Positions 32,789 to 43,652 of a DNA stretch of 64,000 nt are shown here, in pieces. The notes beneath the pieces are model-generated. The model was not told where the DNA came from and searched no databases. It was given only the letters and a program-made list of their open reading frames with translations. Position 1 is the stretch's first letter; each line of letters opens with the position of its first letter. The position numbers were made by a program, and so were the translations under genes. Source of the DNA: Tetramitus jugosus (Eukaryota; Protista; Heterolobosea); the NCBI GenBank assembly GCA_937625935.1, contig OW569391.1, forward strand, positions 1 through 64,000, given 5' to 3'.

Positions 32789-34834
32789 ATGGCCACCAAC
32801 AATCAACCACAACCACAAGAGCAACAGCAAGGTGGTAGTGTGTTCTCCAAGGTTGTTCAAGGGTTCGTACGGCTCATGATCATGTACACCATCTCTCAAT
32901 ACATTTTTGGTGGATTTGGCGCCAAAAAAAACTCCGAAAAATTGGCCGCCAATACCGTAATGCAACAAACCATTGATCCAAGCTCTGGAAAGGCAATAGA
33001 GACACCAATGCTCGTCCAACAACCATCCTCTGCCATCCTCCAAAACCTCTTTCCCCAGAATTGTTTGCTAAACATGTATGCTTTTCTCTCCAATGAAAGC
33101 TTTTTTGATTATCAAGTGAACCAAGAGCCATTCTGGAGTGAAGAGTCCATTGCGTTCAACAGTGACGCTACCAATACAAGAAAATTCTCAGTCAACATGA
33201 CACGTGTTGCACAGACTGCTGATGAAAAGAGTAGTAATAGCTCTACAAGTAGCTCTAGTAGCTCTACAAGTAGTAGTAGTAGTAGTAGTAGCTTAATGTT
33301 CAAGCAAGCTTTGGATTTACTCACAAAGAATCAAACAGTGTACTTGCACATGTTTTTTGTGAGACAAGGTGTGGATTATAGGCCAAATCATCCACAGTAC
33401 AAATCCATGGGTGTTCACTCAATTGTCAAGCCATTGAACAAGTTTATGAAACAGAAAAAGAACAAGAAACGAAATTTGTTGCAGAGCAGCAATGAAATTG
33501 ACAACTCAACAAGCACAAGCAACACTACAAACACTAGTGGTGGTAGTGAACAACAACAAGAAGATGATGTGTATCTCTCTTATTTGAACCCTGAAATTTC
33601 AGTTTCAATGGTTGATTTTCATGATCGAATGACGGCCAATGGTGTTCCACCACACATTTATGATCAATTGAAGATTCGTCAGCACAAGAAGGCCTTCATG
33701 TATGAACCAATCATTTATGTGAATGATTTTTGGGTGATTCGTGATCGAATGATGGTATTGAACGAGACGGTTGACACGATACCACTGAGTATTGAGATTA
33801 TTCCAACATCAACTCTCAAATGGCAATTCTTTATTCAGATGCAAGTGTCATTGGACATGCAAAAATCGTTTGGAAGCATGGCTGATGGTGAAGGTGATCA
33901 AATGAAGAAACTCTTTTTGGAGTCGAATCCGTACTTGTTGGGCATTACGATGGTCGTGTCCATTTTCCACTCGATTTTTGATTTCTTGGCATTTAAGAAT
34001 GACATTTCCTTTTGGAAGAATAAGGAGAACATGGAAGGCATGTCTGTCAAGTCCATCTTTGTCAACTGCTTCTTCCAAACACTCATCTTCCTGTACTTGT
34101 TTGACAATGATACGAGTTGGCTCATTCTCGGATCCTCATTTGTCGGCCTATTGATTGAGTATTGGAAGTTGAAAAAGGCGGTGAACTTTAAGAGAAAGAG
34201 CACTTTCCCATTCATTACCTACGAAGACAAGAATAGTTATACGGCGTCCAAGACAAAGGAGTATGACGATGAGGCAATGAGATACATTTCCTATCTGTTG
34301 TATCCATTGATTGTGTTGTATGCTCTCTATTCACTGTACTATGAGTCTCACAAGAGTTGGTACAGTTGGGTATTGGGAACTGCAGTCGGATTCATTTACA
34401 TGTTCGGTTTCATTATGATGTTGCCTCAGTTATTTATTAATTACAAGATGAAGTCTGTGGCTCATTTGCCATGGAAGACATTCATGTACAAGGCACTCAA
34501 TACCTTTATTGATGACTTGTTCTCATTTGTGATCAAGATGCCTACATTGCATCGATTGGCATGCTTCAGAGATGATATCGTATTCTTTATCTACTTGTAT
34601 CAGAGATGGATCTACAAGGTGGATTACACTCGTGTGAATGAGTTTGGACAATGTGTCGTCAATCCAGATGAACCTACACCTGAGAACACTGAAGCCATTG
34701 AAGCTACTCCAGAGTCAGATCAAAAGGATGTGGTAGTAGAAGAAGCTGTGGCGAATGAAGAGGAAGTCAAAGAGAACGAAACAGAAGAGAAGATTTCGAC
34801 TCAAGGTCTCCGCAAAAGAAATACAGCAAAGTAA
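32789..34834 (+). CDS. CLPTM1: CLPTM1 family membrane protein
   Basis: FDFLAFKNDISFWK, PQLFINYKMKSVAHLPW, YKALNTFIDDLF and YLYQRWIY motifs. Confidence 0.95.
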   Translation: MATNNQPQPQEQQQGGSVFSKVVQGFVRLMIMYTISQYIFGGFGAKKNSEKLAANTVMQQTIDPSSGKAIETPMLVQQPSSAILQNLFPQNCLLNMYAFLSNESFFDYQVNQEPFWSEESIAFNSDATNTRKFSVNMTRVAQTADEKSSNSSTSSSSSSTSSSSSSSSLMFKQALDLLTKNQTVYLHMFFVRQGVDYRPNHPQYKSMGVHSIVKPLNKFMKQKKNKKRNLLQSSNEIDNSTSTSNTTNTSGGSEQQQEDDVYLSYLNPEISVSMVDFHDRMTANGVPPHIYDQLKIRQHKKAFMYEPIIYVNDFWVIRDRMMVLNETVDTIPLSIEIIPTSTLKWQFFIQMQVSLDMQKSFGSMADGEGDQMKKLFLESNPYLLGITMVVSIFHSIFDFLAFKNDISFWKNKENMEGMSVKSIFVNCFFQTLIFLYLFDNDTSWLILGSSFVGLLIEYWKLKKAVNFKRKSTFPFITYEDKNSYTASKTKEYDDEAMRYISYLLYPLIVLYALYSLYYESHKSWYSWVLGTAVGFIYMFGFIMMLPQLFINYKMKSVAHLPWKTFMYKALNTFIDDLFSFVIKMPTLHRLACFRDDIVFFIYLYQRWIYKVDYTRVNEFGQCVVNPDEPTPENTEAIEATPESDQKDVVVEEAVANEEEVKENETEEKISTQGLRKRNTAK

Positions 34835-34844
34835 ATCGATTACA

Positions 34845-35186
34845 TCAACTTTGGTTCTTGCCGTTATTGTTGCCACTAAGTAGCTTGTATCTCACACTAG
34901 CTTCAACATAATGCGAATGCTTGTCAGCGACTCTGAAGTGAGTCTTTTCTACGGGATCAGCTTGAGCCAATAATTCTTGACTGAAAGTAGCTTGATTGGT
35001 TGTCTTCATAGAGTAGTTATCAACGTAACCAGCATTCACTCTCTTCCAAGAAGTGAAGCTAAAATCTTTCTGTTGGCGAATATTTTCAAGGGACGGCTTC
35101 TCCTGATACTGAACTCGCTCCTGACTCTCCTTTCCGTTTGTCAATCTCTTGTAGTTGATTGTTCCACTCTGGTTCGTTGACGCCAT
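34845..35186 (-). CDS. Small hypothetical protein (113 aa)
   Basis: ATG-initiated ORF filling the gap between two genes. No confident motif. Confidence 0.6.
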   Translation of the reverse strand: MASTNQSGTINYKRLTNGKESQERVQYQEKPSLENIRQQKDFSFTSWKRVNAGYVDNYSMKTTNQATFSQELLAQADPVEKTHFRVADKHSHYVEASVRYKLLSGNNNGKNQS

Positions 35187-35281
35187 TTATTCTTTTTCTG
35201 TGTCGCTTTTACGCCAGTTAACCCACTTCATCTTTGCAAGACCACGTTTGAAAAAAAATAACTGTAAAAAAATCGGACTTT

Positions 35282-36424
35282 TTACTTGACAGTTGCTGTC
35301 GCGACACGACTACGAATATCAGCAATCACCTTGTTCAATGCTTCGTCTCCAATCTCATCACCATCCTTGAGCACCATCTTCAACAAGTAATGAGCAGTTC
35401 CATCAGTCGAAATAAAGTTCAAATTCCGAAGATAGGGCACAAAAGACGAACACAACAGTGCAATCTGTTGCCTCTCCAAACTAACACCCATCTTCTTCAT
35501 TGAACTGTACACCATTTGTGCCGAACAAAAATTGTTTAGTCTCATTTGTTGAACAATGAGTGAGAGCATCACTTGAGCCATTTTTTCATCATTGTTCAAC
35601 TTTTGCATCACTGACCTAGAGTACCGTTCAAACAATGCCATAATGTCCAATGAATCCATCATGGCATCCACTTGAAGAATATTCTTGAGAATGAGTTGAT
35701 CCAAATCAATGTCCAACCCTGCCATCTCATTCTCAATCAATAGATTGGTCAATGAAATGACATTTCGTTTCACCAGGTTTCTGTTGAGTAGTCTCTTGAG
35801 TGCATAGGTCAGAGAGTCATGCACATTGGTGTACGAATGATATTGTTGAATGGTGTTTTCGAGGAAATGGAAGAGAGCACTCCATTTTTTGAGTTGCATG
35901 TGTTGGAAGAGAGAATAACGAAGATTTTGTAGTTCTTGTGCAGAGAGCTCTACTGGTAGTGGTGGTGGTGGTGCTTGTTGTTGTTGTTTTTCTTCATCTT
36001 GTTGTTGTTGTTTTTGTTGTTGTTTTTGTTGTTGTTTTAGGTGTTGTTCTCTTGTAAGAGCTGTTTTTTGTAGCTTTCGTTGTTTTGGTAGCTTTTGTAG
36101 CTTAGCTACAGGTGTTGGTGGTGGTGGTTGTTGATCAGATGATGATGTTGAAAAGCTTTCATCATGGATCGTGTTGCTAATGCTGTTGTTGGGAGTCGTT
36201 GCAGATGATGATGATATCGTTGTGGTAGAGTCATCGCGTAGACTGTAGATGTGGCACCTTGTATGAAAATTTTGGCGCGAAATTTGGTTGAACCGAAAAT
36301 GGGGTGCAATGGAACAAGGTGCAATGAGTAGATGTTGGGCAGCAGATTGTTGATGCATGAATGGACGGATGAGTTGTATCCGTTGAATGATCTGACGACT
36401 CATGATCAAACTTGTGGTGTTCAT
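35282..36424 (-). CDS. Probable mitochondrion-targeted helical-repeat (PPR-like) protein
   Basis: Arg-rich, acid-free N-terminus with RQNFH, a Q/P low-complexity linker and a helical C-terminus (AQMVYSSMKKMGV). Confidence 0.65.
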   Translation of the reverse strand: MNTTSLIMSRQIIQRIQLIRPFMHQQSAAQHLLIAPCSIAPHFRFNQISRQNFHTRCHIYSLRDDSTTTISSSSATTPNNSISNTIHDESFSTSSSDQQPPPPTPVAKLQKLPKQRKLQKTALTREQHLKQQQKQQQKQQQQDEEKQQQQAPPPPLPVELSAQELQNLRYSLFQHMQLKKWSALFHFLENTIQQYHSYTNVHDSLTYALKRLLNRNLVKRNVISLTNLLIENEMAGLDIDLDQLILKNILQVDAMMDSLDIMALFERYSRSVMQKLNNDEKMAQVMLSLIVQQMRLNNFCSAQMVYSSMKKMGVSLERQQIALLCSSFVPYLRNLNFISTDGTAHYLLKMVLKDGDEIGDEALNKVIADIRSRVATATVK

Positions 36425-36538
36425 TTTGTTGTTTACTGGGTGAAGACATGCGATTTTTCCGATATAGATCGGAGTTGAACATGCAAATAGTTTTACAAAA
36501 TATGGTTTACGGATGATTGAATACAGTACGATGCACAT

Positions 36539-39500
36539 CTATTCGATACTGTTTCTCTCCTTGGACCGGGCTACCTTCTGGAAATTTGTATCTGTCTGAC
36601 TAATCTGCTCTTGCTCCGTCATGGTCACATCTTCACCAAATGGCCGCGTGAAAGAGAGGAAGGAAGCAAATCGCGTTTGCTCTCTAGGTGTCTTCACTTC
36701 TCTCTTCCTTTCTTTTTCTTTTTCCTTCTCTTCGTCCTTTTGTTTCTCTTGCTCCTCAGCAGCCTTTAGTGCTTCAAAAACAGAGATTGATCCTCCAAAA
36801 TCGCCGTCCATCAGGTTGGACAGGTTATCAATGATGAATTCGGTGACACAAACTCGAACCATTTCAGCATACAGATCATCGCTCTTAAACCGAGAGAACG
36901 TGTCTGCCATAACAGGTTCAACATCATCTAAGATTCTGTCGAACAAATCAACTGGCAACAATAACTTTTTCTTATGCCTGGCAGCTGCCTTTTTAGCCAA
37001 TTCAACCTCAAAAGTTAAGTTGTCGCTCTCTGACGTTTCCGACTTTGTCTTGAGCCTTGTTTGTTCTGATGCTTCTTCAATCAGTTCTATTGTCCTCTTG
37101 ATCCGCGACTGACTAACATTCACCTCTTTTTCAGAGTTGGGCAACAAGAAGATTCTTAAAATGCTTTTGGCTGATTTGATCTGACCAATCCTATCCCTGC
37201 ACTTCTTATACTTATGAATAGCATTGTAAAAATCGATGTTCTCAGTACTGTGCTCCTTTTCACAGAACTTGTAAAAGTATTCTCTATAGGAAGGATCTTG
37301 GAGAACCTCACCTAATTCAATCTGCACTTCCTTCTCATCGAAGAGTGTAACATCCTTTGCATTCAACTTATTGTTCAACTTCCAGTCATATTGATATTGA
37401 ATAGTGTAACCCTCAGAATTTTGGAGCAAAAAGCTCAGTTTACCCTTCTGGTCCACATCTAGATACGTTGACACGTAGTCGATCACTCCTCTCTCATTCT
37501 CTGCAAAGTCAGATGCGTACCATTGGAACACCTTATGCAAATACAACACCCTAGCTGTTGTGTTGATATATGTAAAGTGAGAAATAAAGTCCTTGGTAGC
37601 ATTCTCTAACTCTTCCTCGATATTTTCAGATGAAAAGACAGTCAGCTTTGGGCTACTTAGATTACCGCAGTACAATGCAAAGTGAATTCTAGGATCAAAC
37701 TTTTCAAGTCTCAAACTATCAATCACAGTATTGTGATAGGTACCCGAGGTAAACAACCTAAATGTGTTGAGCCAATCATAGGCCTCAGCCTGATGTTCCA
37801 AGTATTTTGCCGATGGATTTTCTACCGATTCTCTGAACAATGCACCTCTCAGTATACCATGGTATATATTGTCCAAGCTGAGTTTCCATCTTCCAATCAC
37901 AATCTTTGTCAACTTGAAGAACTGTTCTCGAAGCATCAAGTTCGTAGGTCGACCACACACCATCAATGCATGCAAAATGAACGCATTATAAACATTGATA
38001 AAGAATGCTTTCCGATCTGATGCTGGAATGGTGTCTGGGTCCAGTTTGTGAAGTGGTGCTGCTAAATCTTTCTGCAACTGAATATACAAATCACTGTCAT
38101 GGAAACCTCTGTAATCAAAAATGAAATGATTGATCAAACGATCAGCTCTATCGTTCTCGTTTCTTCGATCTGAAAACTCGTCAACAATCTTGGAGAGAAC
38201 AGATGTGAGTCTCTTTGATATCCATGTTCCTGTCTGAGGGCTCCTATAGATACCAAACTGCTCCTTCACAGTATTTAAGCACTCATCGCTCGTGTACTCC
38301 TCAACAAATCGATAGTACGATGTTTGAGAGTCAACGAACTCAGTCTCGTACATGATGGCTGACTTGAACACATATCGATCCATCAATTGCTGAGCAAACA
38401 GGACACAATCCTCGCGAATCATGTGGAAATTGGACTTTTTCTGTATCCAATTCACCAACTCGGATCCACAGAAAACACCCTTCTTCACCACAAATGTGGA
38501 AACTCTCTTGTTGGACCGAGGTAGACTACCCTTGATCTCTGTGACCAACTTTTCCTCCTCATACTCGATATTCGGTGATTGATACATCATGAGAGATGTC
38601 TGTGGTTCGAACAATGGATTCAAGAACACGTCATCCTCCTCGTACAACTGATTCAACGTTATTTGATCCGGTTCGTACAACTTATTCTCACACACTACGT
38701 CTTCATCAAACAATTGACTCACAAACGCTCCCTGCCACTCTGGTTCCTTTGTCGTCTCGTTCCTCTTCTCAAAATTAAAATCTTCGTCCAAATCGTGCAA
38801 CTTGAACTGCAGATTTGCATCGTAATCACTGCCATTCATGCGTTGAATGACACTTGTTGAGCCATCCCTCGATCGAGGACTCTTTTTCATCATCAATTGC
38901 TGCTGATGCTGCAATTGTTGTTTTTTCCACTGAGATTTTTGTTTTTCAGTCTGTATCTGCTCAAAAATGGACGCACGGTTCATGATTGACAATTTTCGAG
39001 AGTATCGCGTCTCTTTTGACATGCATTCCATGAGTTCTCTCTGCTTGTTCGTTGCTATACCCGTCTGAATGTTCCAACCGGACACACCGACCAAATCTGC
39101 ACTCAACAAGTCTTCTTCTGTCACGTCCAAGTGCTCTAGTCTTGACATGGACCGTTCTTGATTCATACGATTCAGAGAATAAGCTCTTCTCATGGTTACC
39201 AATGAGTTGAGCTGATGATTTGACTGTTGTTGTTGTTGTTGTTGTTGATTGTAGCTATTGTAGCTACTATTGTTGTTGTTGTTGTTGCTATTGGAGGAAA
39301 AGTGATGGTGTTCAGAGTTACTATCGTTGGGAGACCACCTTGGACTAGAGTCCTGAGAGGACCATTCATCAGAGAACGTGGAGCACGTACCGAGATCAGT
39401 TGAGGAGAAGGATGCCAAATCATAGGAATCCAAGTCGTTTTCATTTTCACTGGTGTGATTTTTGATGCCGTTGTCGTCTAGGTCACAGCTTTTGGCCCTT

Positions 39501-40153
39501 CGTTCAAAAGCAAAAATTTTGCTTGTAATCTTGTTGGATTTGATGCTGGCGCGACGACCTCTGTGAAAGCTTGAATTTTGTTCGTCATCCTTTTTTTTGG
39601 ACAGTTTTTTTTCACTGAGAGAGCTATTGTTGTTGTTATTGAAATTTTCATTTTCATTGTTGATGGTTGGTAGTTTTGTTATTGAAGTTGTTGTTGTAGT
39701 GGGAGTAGTTGTATTGGTTGTTGTTGTTGTTGTATGATTAAGTTGATCATTGCTATTGGTGTTGTTATTGTCATTGGAACCTTGTTTGAGATTTTTCATG
39801 CTACTTGTGCCAACGATACGATAGATGGAGCCTCTTCGAACAATGTTTTGAACAATGGGCAGTGACTCTTGTTCTTGTAGTTGTTGTTCTGTGGACGTTG
39901 CCGCCGTCCTGGGGGATGTCATTCGAGGAGATGTCGTTGTTGTTCTGGGAGATGTTTTATTAATCTCATTTTTGAGATTGTAACTGCTGCCGCTGTTATT
40001 AGAGCGAGGAGAAGGAGCAGAAGAATAAGTAGATGTTGTGTTGCTGGATGTTCCTCCTCGAGGAGAAATCGGATTAGTACTCATGTTGTTAAGATTGATC
40101 ATGTTCTCCCAGAGCTGGGTGAGCTTCTGTGTCTTTCTGGGTTGTGCAGACAT
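36539..40153 (-). CDS. DEP + DUF547 + RGS signalling protein with a long low-complexity N-terminus
   Basis: DEP (FCGSELVNWI...YYRF), DUF547 (AFFINVYNA, HGILRG, DPRIHFALYCG) and RGS (FCEKEHSTENIDF, EVNVS, DTFSRF). Confidence 0.9.
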   Translation of the reverse strand: MSAQPRKTQKLTQLWENMINLNNMSTNPISPRGGTSSNTTSTYSSAPSPRSNNSGSSYNLKNEINKTSPRTTTTSPRMTSPRTAATSTEQQLQEQESLPIVQNIVRRGSIYRIVGTSSMKNLKQGSNDNNNTNSNDQLNHTTTTTTNTTTPTTTTTSITKLPTINNENENFNNNNNSSLSEKKLSKKKDDEQNSSFHRGRRASIKSNKITSKIFAFERRAKSCDLDDNGIKNHTSENENDLDSYDLASFSSTDLGTCSTFSDEWSSQDSSPRWSPNDSNSEHHHFSSNSNNNNNNSSYNSYNQQQQQQQQSNHQLNSLVTMRRAYSLNRMNQERSMSRLEHLDVTEEDLLSADLVGVSGWNIQTGIATNKQRELMECMSKETRYSRKLSIMNRASIFEQIQTEKQKSQWKKQQLQHQQQLMMKKSPRSRDGSTSVIQRMNGSDYDANLQFKLHDLDEDFNFEKRNETTKEPEWQGAFVSQLFDEDVVCENKLYEPDQITLNQLYEEDDVFLNPLFEPQTSLMMYQSPNIEYEEEKLVTEIKGSLPRSNKRVSTFVVKKGVFCGSELVNWIQKKSNFHMIREDCVLFAQQLMDRYVFKSAIMYETEFVDSQTSYYRFVEEYTSDECLNTVKEQFGIYRSPQTGTWISKRLTSVLSKIVDEFSDRRNENDRADRLINHFIFDYRGFHDSDLYIQLQKDLAAPLHKLDPDTIPASDRKAFFINVYNAFILHALMVCGRPTNLMLREQFFKLTKIVIGRWKLSLDNIYHGILRGALFRESVENPSAKYLEHQAEAYDWLNTFRLFTSGTYHNTVIDSLRLEKFDPRIHFALYCGNLSSPKLTVFSSENIEEELENATKDFISHFTYINTTARVLYLHKVFQWYASDFAENERGVIDYVSTYLDVDQKGKLSFLLQNSEGYTIQYQYDWKLNNKLNAKDVTLFDEKEVQIELGEVLQDPSYREYFYKFCEKEHSTENIDFYNAIHKYKKCRDRIGQIKSAKSILRIFLLPNSEKEVNVSQSRIKRTIELIEEASEQTRLKTKSETSESDNLTFEVELAKKAAARHKKKLLLPVDLFDRILDDVEPVMADTFSRFKSDDLYAEMVRVCVTEFIIDNLSNLMDGDFGGSISVFEALKAAEEQEKQKDEEKEKEKERKREVKTPREQTRFASFLSFTRPFGEDVTMTEQEQISQTDTNFQKVARSKERNSIE

Positions 40154-40389
40154 TTTTCTGAGGTTCTTTTTGAGGATGTGTTTGTGGTGGTATGGTGTTC
40201 TTGTTTTGGAGGTGGAGATGTGTTGTTGTGACACAAAGATTTTTACCCTCAACTGCCCCGTGCTATCGATCGGGTGTTGGAAAAAAAGGGGAACTTTGAA
40301 CTCTGTGCAGACGTTGACACTTATGATGTTGATTTTACCTTGAGAGCATAATTGGGCAAGCAGAAGGTACACGGCTTTCGAGGATTATC

Positions 40390-42228
40390 TTATTCCCGGA
40401 ATAGTGATATCTCCAGTGAATCACAATTACGCAACAGATATGCGAACACCATCTGAGACTGAAGGTCTTGAGGCGATATAATCAGTAGCCGTAGCATGCA
40501 GTTGTTGTCAATGAACCAGTCTGTCACACTCTTGGACAAATTCCACACGGGATTGCCGAGCATGATTAGCTCGCAAATGTTATGCTTGTTAATGTCCAAG
40601 AGAAGTTTGCCAAAACCGGCAGCTGTTATCTGATTGTAAGATACATCGAGAAAGCGCAATGTTTTGTTTGTTTCGAACTCGGGGCTTAACAATACATGAT
40701 CAGTAATGTGACAGCAGCTGAGAGACAGATGTGTAATGGTCTTGCTGGTCAAAATCTGTTCTACAGCTCCGTTCTCAAACTGTTGGCTAAGTGTGAGATG
40801 AGTGAGATGAGGCAGCGAGGACAAAATTGTGGCCATTGTCTGAGAGATGAAACAAACTTCCGTCAAAGTAAAGTGAGTCAAACTTCTCAATGAAGGATGA
40901 CTCAGAAGTTGTGGTTGTATACTTCCAATCGATAGCTCCTTGATGTTGCTGCGCGTGAGATATTCCATTGAAAATTCAGCAGAACAGGAAGGCAATTGGA
41001 TTGACTCCAGATCACAGTACAACTGATCAAATGAACTCTCGTACTCCTCCAACGTGCTGTGACTAAAGAAGTTTATCTTCTTAAGAGGTTCTTTTGCGCA
41101 AGATAATATTCCATACATGTCATCGCTAGAGATTGAGCACGTGGATAAGTCAAGCTCTATCAATGCCCTGAAGATATGGATGAGCCTACCAGGATTTTGA
41201 ATGCTCGAACAATGCTTTATCTTTAGATATTGAAGGGTATCATTGTAAAAATTGAGTGGCAATTGATCCAGATCCATCTGTTCACTCATTATTGTTAATC
41301 GCTTCAATTTCTCATTTTGGAACAGTGTGATCCAGATTTCATCTGAACAACGAGCAGCACTCAAATCCAGACTCGTGAGCATATCAGGTATACAAATTCG
41401 GCTTAGATACACAGCTTTCGATAATAACACCAATGATCTTAAATTTGGAAATGGTTCGGCCATATTACACTGATCCTGCGTACTACAAGTCGCCAATGTC
41501 AATAAACTATCCCACGTGTGACTTTTCTCTCTATCATTTGTCGATGATGATTGTTGACAATCAAATGCCTTACCCGTCACATAATCGTGATTCAATAGCG
41601 ATAAGGAGTGAATTGAGTTGGGCAAACAGTGTGCAATCGTGTTAATCAACTTGTCATTCAACAAATTCGAATCACTCATCATTTCTCCACCAAAGTTCAA
41701 CGATACCAACTGTTTCGAGCATGGTATCAAGCGAGTCACTGTATACAAATCGATTGCACCCTGCATATCATACAAATTCTTTGATAATTTCAAATTGCAA
41801 AACACGAGAAACACTTCTGCTTCCTCACAAAAATATCGATCGACAAAATAACCATATAGCAAACGAACTAGTGCACTATTGAGACCTTGAGTATGTATTC
41901 TAAAAGGACTATATTCTAGCTCTGTTGCTTCACCTTTCCCTTCTTCATAGCTCCATAATGTCATTCGCTGTTTCTTTCTCTTCGGTGGTGACACGGTATA
42001 ACCGCAGTAGTCATCGACATCTTCATAATGATTGAATGGCAACAATGACATTGATGAAGAATGGGAATCATCATGGTTGTCACAGTCGCTCTCATTATCG
42101 TCATTGTTCTGTGGATAGCAGTCAACGTTGTCATTCTGAATCAAGTAATGACAATACCTGTCCAAACACAACTCATAATAACTCAGAATGTGTAATTTGA
42201 TTTCCTTTGGCAAGTGTCGATGTTCCAT
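40390..42228 (-). CDS. F-box-like/leucine-rich repeat protein
   Basis: HLPKEIKLHILSY, and LRRs LTSLDLS, LIELDLSTCSI and LRFLDVSYNQI. Confidence 0.85.
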   Translation of the reverse strand: MEHRHLPKEIKLHILSYYELCLDRYCHYLIQNDNVDCYPQNNDDNESDCDNHDDSHSSSMSLLPFNHYEDVDDYCGYTVSPPKRKKQRMTLWSYEEGKGEATELEYSPFRIHTQGLNSALVRLLYGYFVDRYFCEEAEVFLVFCNLKLSKNLYDMQGAIDLYTVTRLIPCSKQLVSLNFGGEMMSDSNLLNDKLINTIAHCLPNSIHSLSLLNHDYVTGKAFDCQQSSSTNDREKSHTWDSLLTLATCSTQDQCNMAEPFPNLRSLVLLSKAVYLSRICIPDMLTSLDLSAARCSDEIWITLFQNEKLKRLTIMSEQMDLDQLPLNFYNDTLQYLKIKHCSSIQNPGRLIHIFRALIELDLSTCSISSDDMYGILSCAKEPLKKINFFSHSTLEEYESSFDQLYCDLESIQLPSCSAEFSMEYLTRSNIKELSIGSIQPQLLSHPSLRSLTHFTLTEVCFISQTMATILSSLPHLTHLTLSQQFENGAVEQILTSKTITHLSLSCCHITDHVLLSPEFETNKTLRFLDVSYNQITAAGFGKLLLDINKHNICELIMLGNPVWNLSKSVTDWFIDNNCMLRLLIISPQDLQSQMVFAYLLRNCDSLEISLFRE

Positions 42229-42475
42229 GCCATTCAAGGTGTGTTTTTGTTCAGCAATTAGGAGGCGGAGTTGTACAAAAAAACCTTGTGTTGTAAGATG
42301 AATTGGCGTTTTCATATTCCGAACATGGTTTCGCAAAAATTGATCAATTCCGATGGAAACTCACACAATATTCCCCCACAAGATCAAATCGCTGCTCGAC
42401 ACCTGAAAAAAAGTTGATCAAAACAATCAACAACAAAAACCACCTTTACAGTATACAACCACCAACAACATCAAC

Positions 42476-43268
42476 ATGGCAACAGAAAAGACACCACAAG
42501 GTACGCACATCTCACTCTACTCATTCTTTTTTCCTTCCCATGTTTTCTTGACTTTAAAGCTAACAACAACATTTCATATCAATCACATGATAAAATGAAC
42601 AACCAAAAAATTGATTTTTCTTCACGTAAAAAAAAATGACAGTTTTATGGGCACAAAGAAGTGATCGATTATTCGTCACCGTTGTCATCCCTGATTGCAA
42701 GGACTTGAAGTTTGAACTCACAAGCTCTCCAGGCAGATTGGTCGTCAGTGGAACGAACCCAACATCCAGCTACAAGCTAGATTTGGAGCTCTATGGTGAC
42801 ATTGACAAGGAGGAATCCACCTATAAGACCACTGATAGAAACATTTCTTTTGTATTGATAAAGGCTGATAAGGAACAACCATTTTGGCCAAAGCTCTACA
42901 AGGATGCCAAGAAGCTTGCATACGTTCAAGTCGATTGGAATCACTATGTCGATGAGGATGAGCAAGATGAGAAGGAGGCACCTGATACTGAGGACTATAT
43001 GGGTATGGGAGGCATGGGCGGTATGCCAGGTATGGGCGGCATGGGTGGTATGGGTGGTATGCCGGGCATGGGTGGTATGGGAGGAATGGGTGGAATGGGA
43101 GGTATGGACCTCAGTTCCTTGATGAGTAGCATGGGCGGTATGGGTGGTATGGGCGGAATGGGAGGTTTCGACCCAAGCTCATTCAGCATGCCAGAAGATG
43201 ATGAAGAAGAAGGTGAGGACGATGCACCTCCATCATTGGAAGAGTTGGATGACGAAGAACAAAAGTAA
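42476..43268 (+). CDS. Hsp90 co-chaperone p23/Sba1 (intron 42501-42642)
   Basis: PQVLWAQR after splicing, FWPKL, VDWNHYVDEDE, GGM repeats and an acidic tail. Confidence 0.95.
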
Positions 43269-43652
43269 ATATGATCAAGTAAATACTATATTCCACACAC
43301 AATCATTTCAGATGTGTTATGATCCTCAGAGGATGCGAATGAGTGTCTGCTGCACGAAAACCCGATTTGAAAATAGAGGCTGAATTAGCCGTAAATTTTC
43401 CTTCCCCTGATTTACTTTTTATCCGACACTATCGGGATGTTCGCCTAAACTTTCCAGCCAATCTCACCACACACAAAACAATCAAAAAACAACAACGTTG
43501 ATAGAACAACAACTACAACATAAATCCATTGACAGACAGTAGTGAGAGTGCATTTCACACAAGAGACAACAATCATCATCCATTCTAACACAGCACAACA
43601 ACAACAACTTGCCATTAATTTATCACACATCACCAACAACAATAACACAAAA

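Noticed and set aside
43000-43165. GC-rich 9-bp-period tandem repeat
   Set aside because: Encodes the GGM tail of p23; not a CRISPR array or satellite.
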